Below, one piece after another: positions 1 to 9,788 of a DNA stretch of 64,000 bases. The translations under genes were made by a program, and so were the position numbers. The stretch covers positions 434,001 to 498,000 of the forward strand of contig CP128818.1 of assembly GCA_051546255.1 (NCBI GenBank), given 5' to 3'. The DNA is from Meyerozyma guilliermondii (lineage: Eukaryota). How positions within the stretch are numbered: the first letter of the stretch is position 1; each line of letters opens with the position of its first letter. Under the pieces are notes generated by a model, which saw nothing but the letters and a program-made list of their open reading frames with translations, was not told where the DNA came from and did no database searches.

Positions 1-1
1 C

Positions 2-1225
2 AGTTTCCCCGACTTGGCGGTTCTTCGTCTGTTGATGTTCAAATTTAGTCTTTCAAGTCACAGGTCCACAGGTTCAGAGTACCACACGCTCGAATTCCCA
101 CCAGCAGGCTCGGTAGGAATTGGAGACTGCAAGAAGGAAAACCTCATGTCCGTGGTCAATTGCTGCAAATTGCTTTACTTGTATTCTCTGTCAACTTCGG
201 ACGACCCAGACGTAGTTTCGGCACTTATTTATTGCCTGGATGGATACACCGAGCTGTCACTTTTCGTGCTTTCTTATGTGATGTACTCGCGGAACGTCAG
301 CCTTGACGAAGCCATGCTTCTTCTCCATAATGACTACCCGAGACCATTCTACATATTTTCCAGCGACGTCCACATTCTTCGAAAGCTAGAAGTGCTTCTT
401 CGCCGAGTACTGCCTTTGGTCAAAAAAGTTGAATGGAGTACACTCGAAGTGTTTTCTGACCTAGAAATCACCGAAATATTGCTAGCTACAGGTTCACGGC
501 CATCTCACTCAGTGGGTGCAAAACATTCGCTTGAGAGAAAAGCATCTTCGTTGTCTCTTCTTGAGGCAGATTGGGTTTCTGACGTCGATGGATCATTGCC
601 GTCTCGAATTCTTCCGTACTTGTACTTGGGGTCGCTCAAGCACGCCAATAGCCTTGCCTTACTATCTAAGCTTGGAATCACCAAGGTTATATCTGTTGGA
701 GAGCGACTTGAATGGCTCAACAGTCGTCATTTCCAGTCGACACATACCATTTCAGTGGAAGAAATTGACAATGGAAACATTGAAAAATTCACAATATCCG
801 GCAACCCAAGTACAGTCGACACCATACTCAAGGTGAACAATCTCCAGGATGATGGTATAGACGAACTTAGTGCTTCACTTCCTCGTATGTTGGATTTCAT
901 TGAAGCCGAGCACCAAAAGAGTAATGGAAAGGCGAAAATATTTGTCCATTGCAGAGTTGGTGTGAGCCGATCTGCCACTGTTGTGATGGCCGAAGTCATG
1001 CGAAGACTCAATGTGCTGCTTGCTAAAGCCTACCTCTACGTTCGAGTCCGGAGACTCAATATCATTATTCAGCCAAACCTACGGTTCATGTACGAATTGT
1101 TCAAGTGGGAAGAACAACAAAAATTTCTCAAAAAGAATAAGCTGGATCTTACGCTACGAGAAATCGACTGGTTTGTCTTCTGCCGCGAGGTTATGAACCT
1201 TAACGTCCCTTATCTACGCAAATAG
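2..1225 (+). CDS. PPS1: Dual-specificity protein phosphatase, Pps1-like; 5' end lies outside the window
   Basis: Frame is open from nt 2. Contains LPSRILPYLYLGSL, DDGID, the PTP loop VHCRVGVSRS and AYLYVRVRRLNIIIQPN, as in fungal Pps1/Cpp1-type DSPs. Confidence 0.8.
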   Translation, partial: SFPDLAVLRLLMFKFSLSSHRSTGSEYHTLEFPPAGSVGIGDCKKENLMSVVNCCKLLYLYSLSTSDDPDVVSALIYCLDGYTELSLFVLSYVMYSRNVSLDEAMLLLHNDYPRPFYIFSSDVHILRKLEVLLRRVLPLVKKVEWSTLEVFSDLEITEILLATGSRPSHSVGAKHSLERKASSLSLLEADWVSDVDGSLPSRILPYLYLGSLKHANSLALLSKLGITKVISVGERLEWLNSRHFQSTHTISVEEIDNGNIEKFTISGNPSTVDTILKVNNLQDDGIDELSASLPRMLDFIEAEHQKSNGKAKIFVHCRVGVSRSATVVMAEVMRRLNVLLAKAYLYVRVRRLNIIIQPNLRFMYELFKWEEQQKFLKKNKLDLTLREIDWFVFCREVMNLNVPYLRK

Positions 1226-1349
1226 TTATAGAATACTACCCTTCATCTCGTTCCTGCACATGGGCTGCACCTGGTTCGTCAACGATTTGCGGACGTTGGC
1301 GATAATTTCTTTACACATTTGATCAATTTTTCCTCGCCATTCTACAGCC

Positions 1350-3116
1350 ATGGCAGACCGCCAAGCCTTATTTGATGATCCCTCCATCCTCCTGGTATCA
1401 TCCCTGGGTACTTCGGCTTCAAATCCCACCAATGAAGTCCTGAAAATTACCCCAGACATCGCTCAGCAACCCGAAGGTCGCAACGCATTGAGTCTTTTGC
1501 TCGATTCTGCCATTGCCAATGCTGCCAAGGAGTCCACGCCGGAACTCGAACCACGCACCAGCGGCTCTGCAAGAGGATCTCCGAAGGAAGTTGAAAAAAT
1601 CGAATCTCGGGGTGAAAATGAAAAGCAACTTCAGTCGAAAGGTGAAGAGTATACTGTTGACTACAAGAGCACCACAGCTTACAGCTACTCTATCAATGAA
1701 TTGATACTGTTACGGAACTCGGCAAACGTCAAGGAGATCCAAAAGGAACTTGATCTTCCTGAAAAAAGCTTTTGGGGACTGCGCCAAAAAACTCCTAAAG
1801 AAAAGGGTCCTGAAAGAAGAAAGAAAGGAGGTGCTGAGGGACTTCGCTGGGAAAAGAAACCCTCGGGCTTTGCTCGTGCAGCAGAACTTGATACTATGGG
1901 CCATGATAAGATTAATCAGCTACTTGGTGAGAACCCTGATGAGGCTGAGCCAGATTGGGGTACAGTTGACGGATCCAAAGACTCCCAAATAGACATGGGA
2001 GAGACTGTAGAGGACTTCGAACGATGGAAAGCTGAAATGCGTCGTCGTGCTGAAGGTGAATTTTCGTCCGAACCTCTGGGAAATGAACCACCTGTGGCCG
2101 ATAGTATCCCGAACAACGAAGTGGATAACTTCTTTTCGTTTGTGAAACCAAAAGAAAAACCAAAGCAAGAGTCCACCAGCACCTCTTCCAAGAGTTCTCG
2201 CTTCTCTTCATTCTTTAATGCCCCTGCTCCTCCTCAAAGGGACTCTCCTCAAACTTCAAGACCACAGTCCAACCAGCAAACACAACCAATTGGTTCTCAA
2301 GAAACGCAGCCAATGGCTCCTCGTCGACTTCCCTCGCAAGATGAATCGTCATCTCGCTTCTTTGGTGGAAATCAATCTCTGAACAACAATCAAAGGGCTC
2401 CAGGAACCCCAGGAACTCCAGGAACTCCACAACAAAACATATTACCACAAGGACCATCGGGCTTACCCCGTATGTACCCTCCAGGCTTACAATCTGGTCC
2501 GTATGGTGCACCTCCACCAGGTCTTCCGGCCGGTGGTCCTCCGCCTGGATTTGGTGCCAATGACAACTTTTTCAATACTTTGCTCAACAAAAGTGTGCCT
2601 CCTCAACCTTCAACCGCCCACCAGCAACAACAGCAGCCACGCTTCCCTCCTCCGCCTGGCTTTGCGTACCCGCAAACTGCGCCGCAAAACATGAAAGGTA
2701 TCACTCAATTTCCTCCATGGATGAATATGCCACCTCCAGGAACTGCTCCAGACCAGGCTCAGACACAGAACTCTCCTCACCAGGGATTCAGAAACATGCC
2801 TCCTGGCTTGATGGCCCAAGGTCCAAACCAAGGTAATCAGATGCAAAACCAAGGCAATCCAGGACAAAATCTAGGCAATTCAATGCAAAATCAAGGTAAT
2901 GTAATGTCACCTCAGAATCAGAAGAACATGAGATATCAAGGATTTCCACCTGGAGTTCCCCCAGGATTCATGTACTCTCATGAGCAGAATCATCCACATG
3001 GCCAAATGCCTCCTGGCTTTCCAATGTATGGAAATCCAATGCAGAGACAGCAGATGCAACAAGGGCCACTGAATGCACAGTCTCCCCGAGATGAACGCAG
3101 CGAAGCTTCTCCCTGA
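1350..3116 (+). CDS. EAP1: eIF4E-associated protein Eap1-like translational repressor with P/Q/G/N-rich C-terminus
   Basis: eIF4E-binding YxxxxL-phi motif YSYSINELILL (resembles Eap1 YSMNELYHL), DFERWKAEMR block, SSRFSSFF segment and a low-complexity tail. Confidence 0.7.
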   Translation: MADRQALFDDPSILLVSSLGTSASNPTNEVLKITPDIAQQPEGRNALSLLLDSAIANAAKESTPELEPRTSGSARGSPKEVEKIESRGENEKQLQSKGEEYTVDYKSTTAYSYSINELILLRNSANVKEIQKELDLPEKSFWGLRQKTPKEKGPERRKKGGAEGLRWEKKPSGFARAAELDTMGHDKINQLLGENPDEAEPDWGTVDGSKDSQIDMGETVEDFERWKAEMRRRAEGEFSSEPLGNEPPVADSIPNNEVDNFFSFVKPKEKPKQESTSTSSKSSRFSSFFNAPAPPQRDSPQTSRPQSNQQTQPIGSQETQPMAPRRLPSQDESSSRFFGGNQSLNNNQRAPGTPGTPGTPQQNILPQGPSGLPRMYPPGLQSGPYGAPPPGLPAGGPPPGFGANDNFFNTLLNKSVPPQPSTAHQQQQQPRFPPPPGFAYPQTAPQNMKGITQFPPWMNMPPPGTAPDQAQTQNSPHQGFRNMPPGLMAQGPNQGNQMQNQGNPGQNLGNSMQNQGNVMSPQNQKNMRYQGFPPGVPPGFMYSHEQNHPHGQMPPGFPMYGNPMQRQQMQQGPLNAQSPRDERSEASP

Positions 3117-3390
3117 ATAGAGCATAAGTAGCCACTGCACGTATTACGAATAGCATAAACTTCTTCTATATTGACATACAAACTATAGTATTGGAAATTA
3201 TGATTATTCAACTTTTCAGCCAGAACTTGATACTCGTCTTCATTGATAAGCTTATATTTATTAGCCAGAGGAAGACAGAAAGTTTATGATTCTTACCAAT
3301 TGTCAATTCGAGCATGTTTGACATTAGAGCTACCTTAAAAAGTACTCGTTGCTGGATTTATAACTGAAGAATTGTTTGAATACTCATAAT

Positions 3391-3417
3391 GTACTCGTTC
3401 AACTCGTTCAACTCGTT
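3391..3417. repeat. Short tandem repeat of ACTCGTTCA, ~3 units, in the EAP1/RFC2 convergent intergenic region
   Basis: gtactcgttcaactcgttcaactcgtt, plus a further gtactcgtt at ~3342. Confidence 0.7.
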
Positions 3418-3449
3418 AATTTTGACTGCAGCCATTCAGCAATTAGGTA

Positions 3450-4493
3450 CTACTTGACCAACTGCAAGCACAAATTCAACAACTGAAGGTGCTCGTCGGC
3501 TCCGTTGTTCAACCTACGATCAGTTTCAAACATCAACCGAGCAGCTCGATTTTTGGTCTCTGTCAGAATGGAGTCACTATGCACATACAACTCGTGTAGC
3601 TGGTCGAGTACTTGCTGTGCGCCCCAGCCTTGCAGAACCAAATCGCCAACAACAGAGGTAATTGCAGATACGTCTTTGTCCTCGAGAGTATTATGGAGGA
3701 TTTTCAATTGTTCTTCAGGAACCACACCAGCAATTTCACGGAGAGTTGCTGCAGATATGGTGGTTTCTTCGGTAGTGGTCGACGCCAAGCGAGCGGCGGA
3801 TTGGAGATAGGTAATTGCTCGACGAAGGTCTCCGTTTGAGATGGTGAGGAGGTAAGAGAATACGTCTTCGTCTACGTTGAGCTCTTCTTGCTGGACAATA
3901 TATCGAAGTCTTTGAACAGCGTTATCGTTGGCAAGCGGCTTGAAACGAAACTTGGAGCATCTCAGCGCCAAAGGGTCGATGATCCTGGTGATATAATTAC
4001 AGATCAAACAGAATCGTGTCACTCCGGAATACGTTTCCATGGTTCTACGAAGAGCCGCCTGGGCATCATAAGTCATTGAGTCTGCTTCGTCCAAGATGAT
4101 AAGTTTGTATGGGGGACAAGGATATTTTTCCAAGTCTTCTGGCGAAGCATTCGACACTGTCAATCTGGCAAAATTCTTCACTTTCTGACGCACAATTGCA
4201 ATTCCACGTTCATCTGATGCGTTCAATTCGAGTACTCGTGATTTTATGAGGTCTGGGCCGTACAATTCACGCGCCAACGCCAAAACAGTTGAAGTTTTTC
4301 CGGTTCCAGGAGGACCATAAAATAACATATGCGGAAGGTTTGCCGAAACCAATGACTTTTTTAATACGTTGACGGCATGATCCTGAGATGCCACGTCGTC
4401 AAGATTCTTTGGTCTATACTTCTCGACCCATGGCGTATGTTCGAGCCGCTGTTGTTGGTATTGTTCCAACTTTTGTTTCTTGGGTGCAGACAT
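3450..4493 (-). CDS. RFC2: Replication factor C subunit 2 (clamp loader AAA+)
   Basis: PWVEKYRP, Walker A GPPGTGKT, ELNASDERG, DEAD box and SRC motif (Ser encoded by CTG). First ATG at 4493 (MSAPKKQK). Confidence 0.95.
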   Translation of the reverse strand: MSAPKKQKLEQYQQQRLEHTPWVEKYRPKNLDDVASQDHAVNVLKKSLVSANLPHMLFYGPPGTGKTSTVLALARELYGPDLIKSRVLELNASDERGIAIVRQKVKNFARLTVSNASPEDLEKYPCPPYKLIILDEADSMTYDAQAALRRTMETYSGVTRFCLICNYITRIIDPLALRCSKFRFKPLANDNAVQRLRYIVQQEELNVDEDVFSYLLTISNGDLRRAITYLQSAARLASTTTEETTISAATLREIAGVVPEEQLKILHNTLEDKDVSAITSVVGDLVLQGWGAQQVLDQLHELYVHSDSILTETKNRAARLMFETDRRLNNGADEHLQLLNLCLQLVK

Positions 4494-4658
4494 GGGGAAG
4501 AAGACGCGGTGGTGAAATTTGGAGTGAGTGAGGTGTGCGGGTGGCTCTCGATAGCTGCGAAAACGGCTCGTAATACTAGAATCTACCACTGGGACCACTA
4601 GCGAACCTACAAGAATTCCTATAATATTATTAAGCAGTCTTAGCTATTAGTCGTATCA

Positions 4659-5660
4659 CTATTGCACACCCACCACACTCAATTCCAACGTCCATACGCG
4701 CCGGAGATGCACCTTGACGTCGACACCGTCCACCTGGACGCACTCATTGGCCCACCAACATTTTCTAGCTGGTTTCCGCCAGAAAAGAAGCAATTTGCTC
4801 TCGTTGGCATCAGCCTTGCGCGACCTCAGGAGCGATCTCAGCGCCGCTCTCAGGGCGCTATGTGCCAAAGTTGCGATTCTCAGTCGAGATTTTCTCAGAC
4901 CATTGCTAGTAACAGGGTCCAACGAAGGCAGCGGCAGCTCCGGTGGTGTGGGCAGTGCTGTTTGTAGTCTCACCAACAGTAAAGAATGAAGAACGCACTT
5001 GGATGGTTCTGGAGACCGGTTTCCCCAGGTTTCAAGCGGAACGAATCCAGAGGTACAAAGCATATCGAACAAATGGCGCTCTGCAGGACCCAAGTTCTGG
5101 TCGGAGTTTCCTTCAGGGTCGTAGCCCAAGCCGGCAAACACCAGTTTGTTGTTAAGAAGTTGACCACCCACTTCCAACTTGAGGTGTCGGATAGCGTCGG
5201 CGTTCATGCCGGCTTTGGGAGGAATGACATAGTAATCGAGATCTTCACGCAAGACTATGATGGCAGGCTTGCGCAGAAGTACCTGAGCTACCGACTCAGA
5301 GCCAGCGTACGCGTGGCTTGTTGGCTGGGGCAGAAGATGTGGAGATTCTGCTTCAAGTTCACGTTGTGCGGTACCAAAAACATCGATAATGTACTCGAAA
5401 CATAAGGGGTCAAAGTTGACATATACGATGTCTTCCTCTGTTAAGTTCGAGATGACGTGGCCCTCTTCATCCAAAAAGACACCATTGGGAAATAAGCCTA
5501 ACAATATGCTTTCGGGCAAGCTCATCAAATCATCTCTGGTGATGGTAAACCGGCTCCCACGAACATTTAGTTGGATTTTGGAGTTGTAGTCGGAGTCCTC
5601 GTACGTTGTGTGCGCTACAGGCTGGTCCTGAGACACCTGGGTGATGATATTCTCGGACAT
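4659..5660 (-). CDS. WHI2: Whi2 BTB/POZ-like stress and nutrient regulator
   Basis: LNVRG...LPESILLGLFPNG, IIVLREDLDYY, KLLLFWRKPARKCWW and C-terminal HLRRVWTLELSV. Confidence 0.9.
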   Translation of the reverse strand: MSENIITQVSQDQPVAHTTYEDSDYNSKIQLNVRGSRFTITRDDLMSLPESILLGLFPNGVFLDEEGHVISNLTEEDIVYVNFDPLCFEYIIDVFGTAQRELEAESPHLLPQPTSHAYAGSESVAQVLLRKPAIIVLREDLDYYVIPPKAGMNADAIRHLKLEVGGQLLNNKLVFAGLGYDPEGNSDQNLGPAERHLFDMLCTSGFVPLETWGNRSPEPSKCVLHSLLLVRLQTALPTPPELPLPSLDPVTSNGLRKSRLRIATLAHSALRAALRSLLRSRKADANESKLLLFWRKPARKCWWANECVQVDGVDVKVHLRRVWTLELSVVGVQ

Positions 5661-5912
5661 GACTCAACGAGCGCAATGTGAAATTTGTTGGAGGTGAATT
5701 ATTTGGACTTAAAAAGGTCAGTATATGATTCTGATGCTTCCCGGGTAGTATTAGTGAGGTCTTGTTGGGACCAATCTGGTTTGCACGCTGTATTGATTTG
5801 TGACTATCGAGCCGGCGATAGTTAAGCTGTTTTCTCACAAATAGCGCCCTATGTAGCTGGCGGTGCGCGCACGACTCGCAACCTCAACTTTTGAAAAATC
5901 TGTCGTAGAGGT

Positions 5913-6356
5913 ATGCTGTGTGCATGTCAAGACGGCGTCTGCAACGGCAAAATGGACAAAGCGACCAAAACTGTTGGCGCAGAAACGCATGCCTACTCCA
6001 AAACTTCAAGTAATACATCTATTCACGAATCTGATGACGACGATATATGGGGAGATGATGAGCCCACCCAAACACCAGCGGTCAAGAGAATCCACACTAA
6101 GCAGGGCTATGTAGACGGGCTCGCCCATGCCCAGGAATCCAGTTTGCAGGCAGGATTCGACGAGGGCTACGGAACCGGAGCTGGGTTGGGGGTAGCCGTT
6201 GGGTCGATCTTGGCCAAAACCTGGGGTACACCTGCATACGACGAAGCTCGGCGGGAGCTTGTAATTACCAATGTGTTAAGCCGGCAATGGTTTGACAACG
6301 ATCTTTGTATGAAAAAGCATGCTCTCATACAGAAATGGAACCAGAACTTAGACTAA
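5913..6356 (+). CDS. YAE1: Yae1 cytosolic Fe-S assembly adaptor (deca-GX3 motif)
   Basis: DDIWGDD followed by GYVDG...LQAGFDEGYGTGAGLGVAVG, the Yae1_N GX3 repeat. Lies near RFC2, as in S. cerevisiae. Confidence 0.85.
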   Translation: MLCACQDGVCNGKMDKATKTVGAETHAYSKTSSNTSIHESDDDDIWGDDEPTQTPAVKRIHTKQGYVDGLAHAQESSLQAGFDEGYGTGAGLGVAVGSILAKTWGTPAYDEARRELVITNVLSRQWFDNDLCMKKHALIQKWNQNLD

Positions 6357-8267
6357 GAATTGAGTGGCATGTCTCCTATTATTCCGCTCATTTGGTCGTA
6401 AAGCAGCCCCATTTTGGCTTGGTGTTGGGTTCTGCCTCGGCACCAATCGACCCACGCTTCGCTAACAAGATACTGGGTTTCTTGAAACATTATGTATTCA
6501 TCCATGCAGCAGCTTTTGATGAGCCAGTCTCGGTTGAGCTGTTGGAACATTTCCTGCTTGTCAGCAATGATGGCTTGTCGAAGCTTGGCAAGATCACTGC
6601 CTTTTATATCAGCGTCGTCTGTACTTAACCGAGCGTACTTGGCCTCGTTCTCGGTTATACGAGCTTCGAGTTGTGCAATAGTATTTGTCAGGAGCTTTTT
6701 GCTTCGCTCGAATAACTCCTGTAGCGAATAAAGATAGTCCAAGTAATTCTTGAACTTTTCTAATGTAGAGGTGTTGATAGCAAAACTGTCGTCAACGAGA
6801 GCTTGGCTTGTTTTGTTGAAGAATTCACCAATTGTGCCCAAAGAGTCATTAATTGCTGCCATATCATCTTTGTTGCTGTTGCCGACTATACCATCGTCGT
6901 GAGGATAGAGAGCATCGTCGAGTCCAGTAAATCGGTTGATCATCTCCACGAACTTCCCGTTATCGAATGCTATTTGTTGCTGTCTCTTTTCGTTTCTTTC
7001 CACCAAAAGTACAAGCTTTGTCCAGATTTCAATCAACCTTCCAGTAGACGACTCGCATTGCTTCCACTTCTTCAAGAACTCTTCACCTACGGTTGGCCAA
7101 ATCGAGTTAATGAACTCGGTCAGAATCTTCTTGCCTTTGAATTCAACCAGGTAGTCGATTTTTGCCTGACGTTTCCAATTGGTTATGTCTGTGGGAACCG
7201 TAAGAAACGTCACCACAATGGGCTCAGCACGCAAGATTGGATGCTTTGTAATCTGGTTGAGAAACCTATGGAGACCGCGGCGACGTCGCTGAAGAAATTG
7301 TGAATCTGGCGAGGACCCTACTGAGATTAGTACTTATTGTGGAATAATGAAAAACGCAAACTTACCAGAAAACTTCTTTGGAGGAAGTCCAGGGATAACC
7401 CGGAAGGGGTACTTTTTCAAAAGGTACTCCAAGAGCCTGTGTTAGTGAATTTTTGAAGGAAAAAAGATCAACTGAGACTTACCATACAAAGTCGCTGTAC
7501 CGTCTAACGACTTTCTTTTGGCCGGATTGCTGGTGCATTCCCAAGTTCATGTTGTATGTGATGGCATAATTGGTATGTTTGAAGAGGAGCCCTTCTTTTT
7601 CGGGCACCTCTCTGATGCTGATGGACTCTTTGCTCGTGTATAACGGCTTGAATTCTCCCCGTAATTTCTCCATGTATTTGCGTACACCAGAAGTGTCGAT
7701 GGTGGGCTCCTGTTTATCCTGCTGCTTTTGTATGGATGAATGGTCGGTAAGAACAGGATCGTCCTCCAAAGAGGCAGCAGCAAGAGACTCGGTTAGTGGA
7801 TCGGAAATAGGTTCTCTAGACAGTAAAAGTATGTCTATAACATTTTGAGGGAGTTCTGGAAGATGCGATCGTCTGAATTTCAACGTGACATAGTCTCCGG
7901 TTCCTGGAGCGTCTACTTCAAGTGCAATTAATCCAAGAATGTCCACCATATACTGGGCTGGGGGAAGCATGTTATGCTCGTAAAGCACATCGATTAACCT
8001 GGATTTTTGATATTCGGTAAAAGTTCCGGCAGAAACTAACTTATCCATCACCAGCTGTTCCAATTCGTTGACAGAACTCAATTGTTCACCAAAATGATCC
8101 AAGATATTTTGATATGATTCGGGAACCAGCACCTCATCGGAATCCTTCGGAGCATCCAAAGAAGTCCGGTTTAAGAGCTGTGACGAGGTGAGAAAGGCGG
8201 AGCCCTGGACAGGAGAATCTCCCCATCCAGAGGAGCCCCAGGGATCGTCTCCAAGTATATTGGACAT
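6353..8267 (-). CDS. MVP1: Sorting nexin Mvp1 (PX + BAR); exons 8267-7483, 7436-7366, 7320-6353 (607 aa)
   Basis: Splicing joins [54 protein letters not shown], a complete PX domain, in frame with the ORF ending at 6353. Confidence 0.9.
7321..7365 (-). other. Spliceosomal intron 2 of MVP1 (45 nt) with tandem CAG/TAG acceptor
   Basis: GTAAGT donor, TACTAAT branch-like sequence, then CTCAG|TAG. Removal restores the frame. Confidence 0.85.
7437..7482 (-). other. Spliceosomal intron 1 of MVP1 (46 nt)
   Basis: GTAAGT donor, CACTAAC branch, then ACAG acceptor. Removal restores the PX reading frame. Confidence 0.9.
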
Positions 8268-8574
8268 GGTATGTGAATGCGACTTGAAAGGTGACCAAAG
8301 AGGCTGAAGATAAACTGGTGCACTGGGTGCAAAAGCGTAAAAAATGGGACGCACATATTTGCAAAACTATGCATCTTCACTTGGTGAAACTCGATACACG
8401 GACTAATTGACCCCCTACCTCCATACTCGCCAACTTTCACCTTCTTATCTCCCAAATTGCCCCTTTTCACGACCCTCATTTTCTGCCGACCTAATGCACA
8501 TCCATACACCAACTACCCTCACCTTCATAAAAGCTACCGCGCCTTGACGGTGATTCTTATCTTGCAGTACTCTT

Positions 8575-9426
8575 ATGGCGTTCGAGTGGGTATATTCCGT
8601 CGTGGGAAAACACGACGTGGACTGGGAAACCTCGTTGCATGCTGCGGGGCGGGCCAAAGTTGCCGACTTGGGGCTCGTGGCTGTTTTAATTGTACTATTT
8701 TTCTTCACCGGTTCCATCGAACCATTTCAAAGACAGTTTTCTCTTGATGATTTGACAATATCACACCCATTTGCTGAACATGAGCGTGTCACGAACCATG
8801 AACTCTTTGTTTATTGCTTGTTAGTGCCATTCGTGATGATCTGTGTGGCGCTGATTGTTTCGGCACGCCGAGGAAGCAGGGCTTCCGTGACGTATATTTC
8901 GTTGTTGGGGTTGATAATTGCTGTATTTTTGACTTCCGTGGCTACAGATATACTCAAGAACTTTTTTGGACGACTTCGTCCTGATTTCCTTGCACGCTGT
9001 GAACCTGCTGCTGGGACACCGACAGATATTCTCGTTTTGGCAAAGGACGTTTGCACCACGAAAAATAAAGGAAGGCTTCTTGACGGGTTCAGAACAACGC
9101 CTTCGGGTCACTCGAGTCTTAGTTTCGCAGGCTTGGGTTACCTTTCCTTGTGGCTAAGCGGCCAATTGGTAGTCGCCAGTCCCAATGTGGGCAGCTGGAG
9201 AATAGTGGTTGCGTGGGTGCCGGCATTTGGCGCAGCCCTCATTGCTTTGAGTAGAACCATGGACTACAGACACCATTTCGTAGATGTTACACTCGGTAGC
9301 ATTTTGGGAATGGTGATATCTTTTGTGATATATCGCCATTACTTTCCTGGTATTGCTCATGAAAAGTCCTACGAGCCATGGACAGTGCAGGAAGAACCGG
9401 AGCCTACAGAGGAGTACACTGCTTAA
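8575..9426 (+). CDS. DPP1: Diacylglycerol pyrophosphate / PAP2 lipid phosphate phosphatase
   Basis: PAP2 motifs KNFFGRLRP, PSGH and SRTMDYRHHFVD; several hydrophobic segments. Confidence 0.88.
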   Translation: MAFEWVYSVVGKHDVDWETSLHAAGRAKVADLGLVAVLIVLFFFTGSIEPFQRQFSLDDLTISHPFAEHERVTNHELFVYCLLVPFVMICVALIVSARRGSRASVTYISLLGLIIAVFLTSVATDILKNFFGRLRPDFLARCEPAAGTPTDILVLAKDVCTTKNKGRLLDGFRTTPSGHSSLSFAGLGYLSLWLSGQLVVASPNVGSWRIVVAWVPAFGAALIALSRTMDYRHHFVDVTLGSILGMVISFVIYRHYFPGIAHEKSYEPWTVQEEPEPTEEYTA

Positions 9427-9788
9427 AACAAGAGAAATCAGAATTGTCCATTCACGATTTGGAACCACTATCGCCACTATTGCACATCGCTTGAAGCTGG
9501 ACTAAAAATAATACTGGAGTTTCACCATCGTTAATCGATATTTCATTGCTAAAACTTATTCGCTATCTAACGCTGCTACGAAGAAAGACTTCTGCTTCTA
9601 CAAGTTGCTTTCTCTTTCTTTACCTTGCTTTATCTTGCTTATCTCGATTCTAACCTGCTGCTTCTATATCTTCCTCGCTTTATCTCTTGGTTCTGCTATC
9701 ACATGACCTGCCGTCGATTAAGCTTTATCGCAGCGCGGCTCACCGCCTCACACGCAGACCAAATTCTTCGCGACCACTATCGCCAAAC

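Noticed and set aside
8282..8551. Zap1 ZRE-like sequences upstream of DPP1 (ACTTGAAAGGT, GCCTTGACGGT)
   Set aside because: Each has two mismatches to ACCTTNAAGGT and one is only ~24 nt from the ATG; too weak to support.
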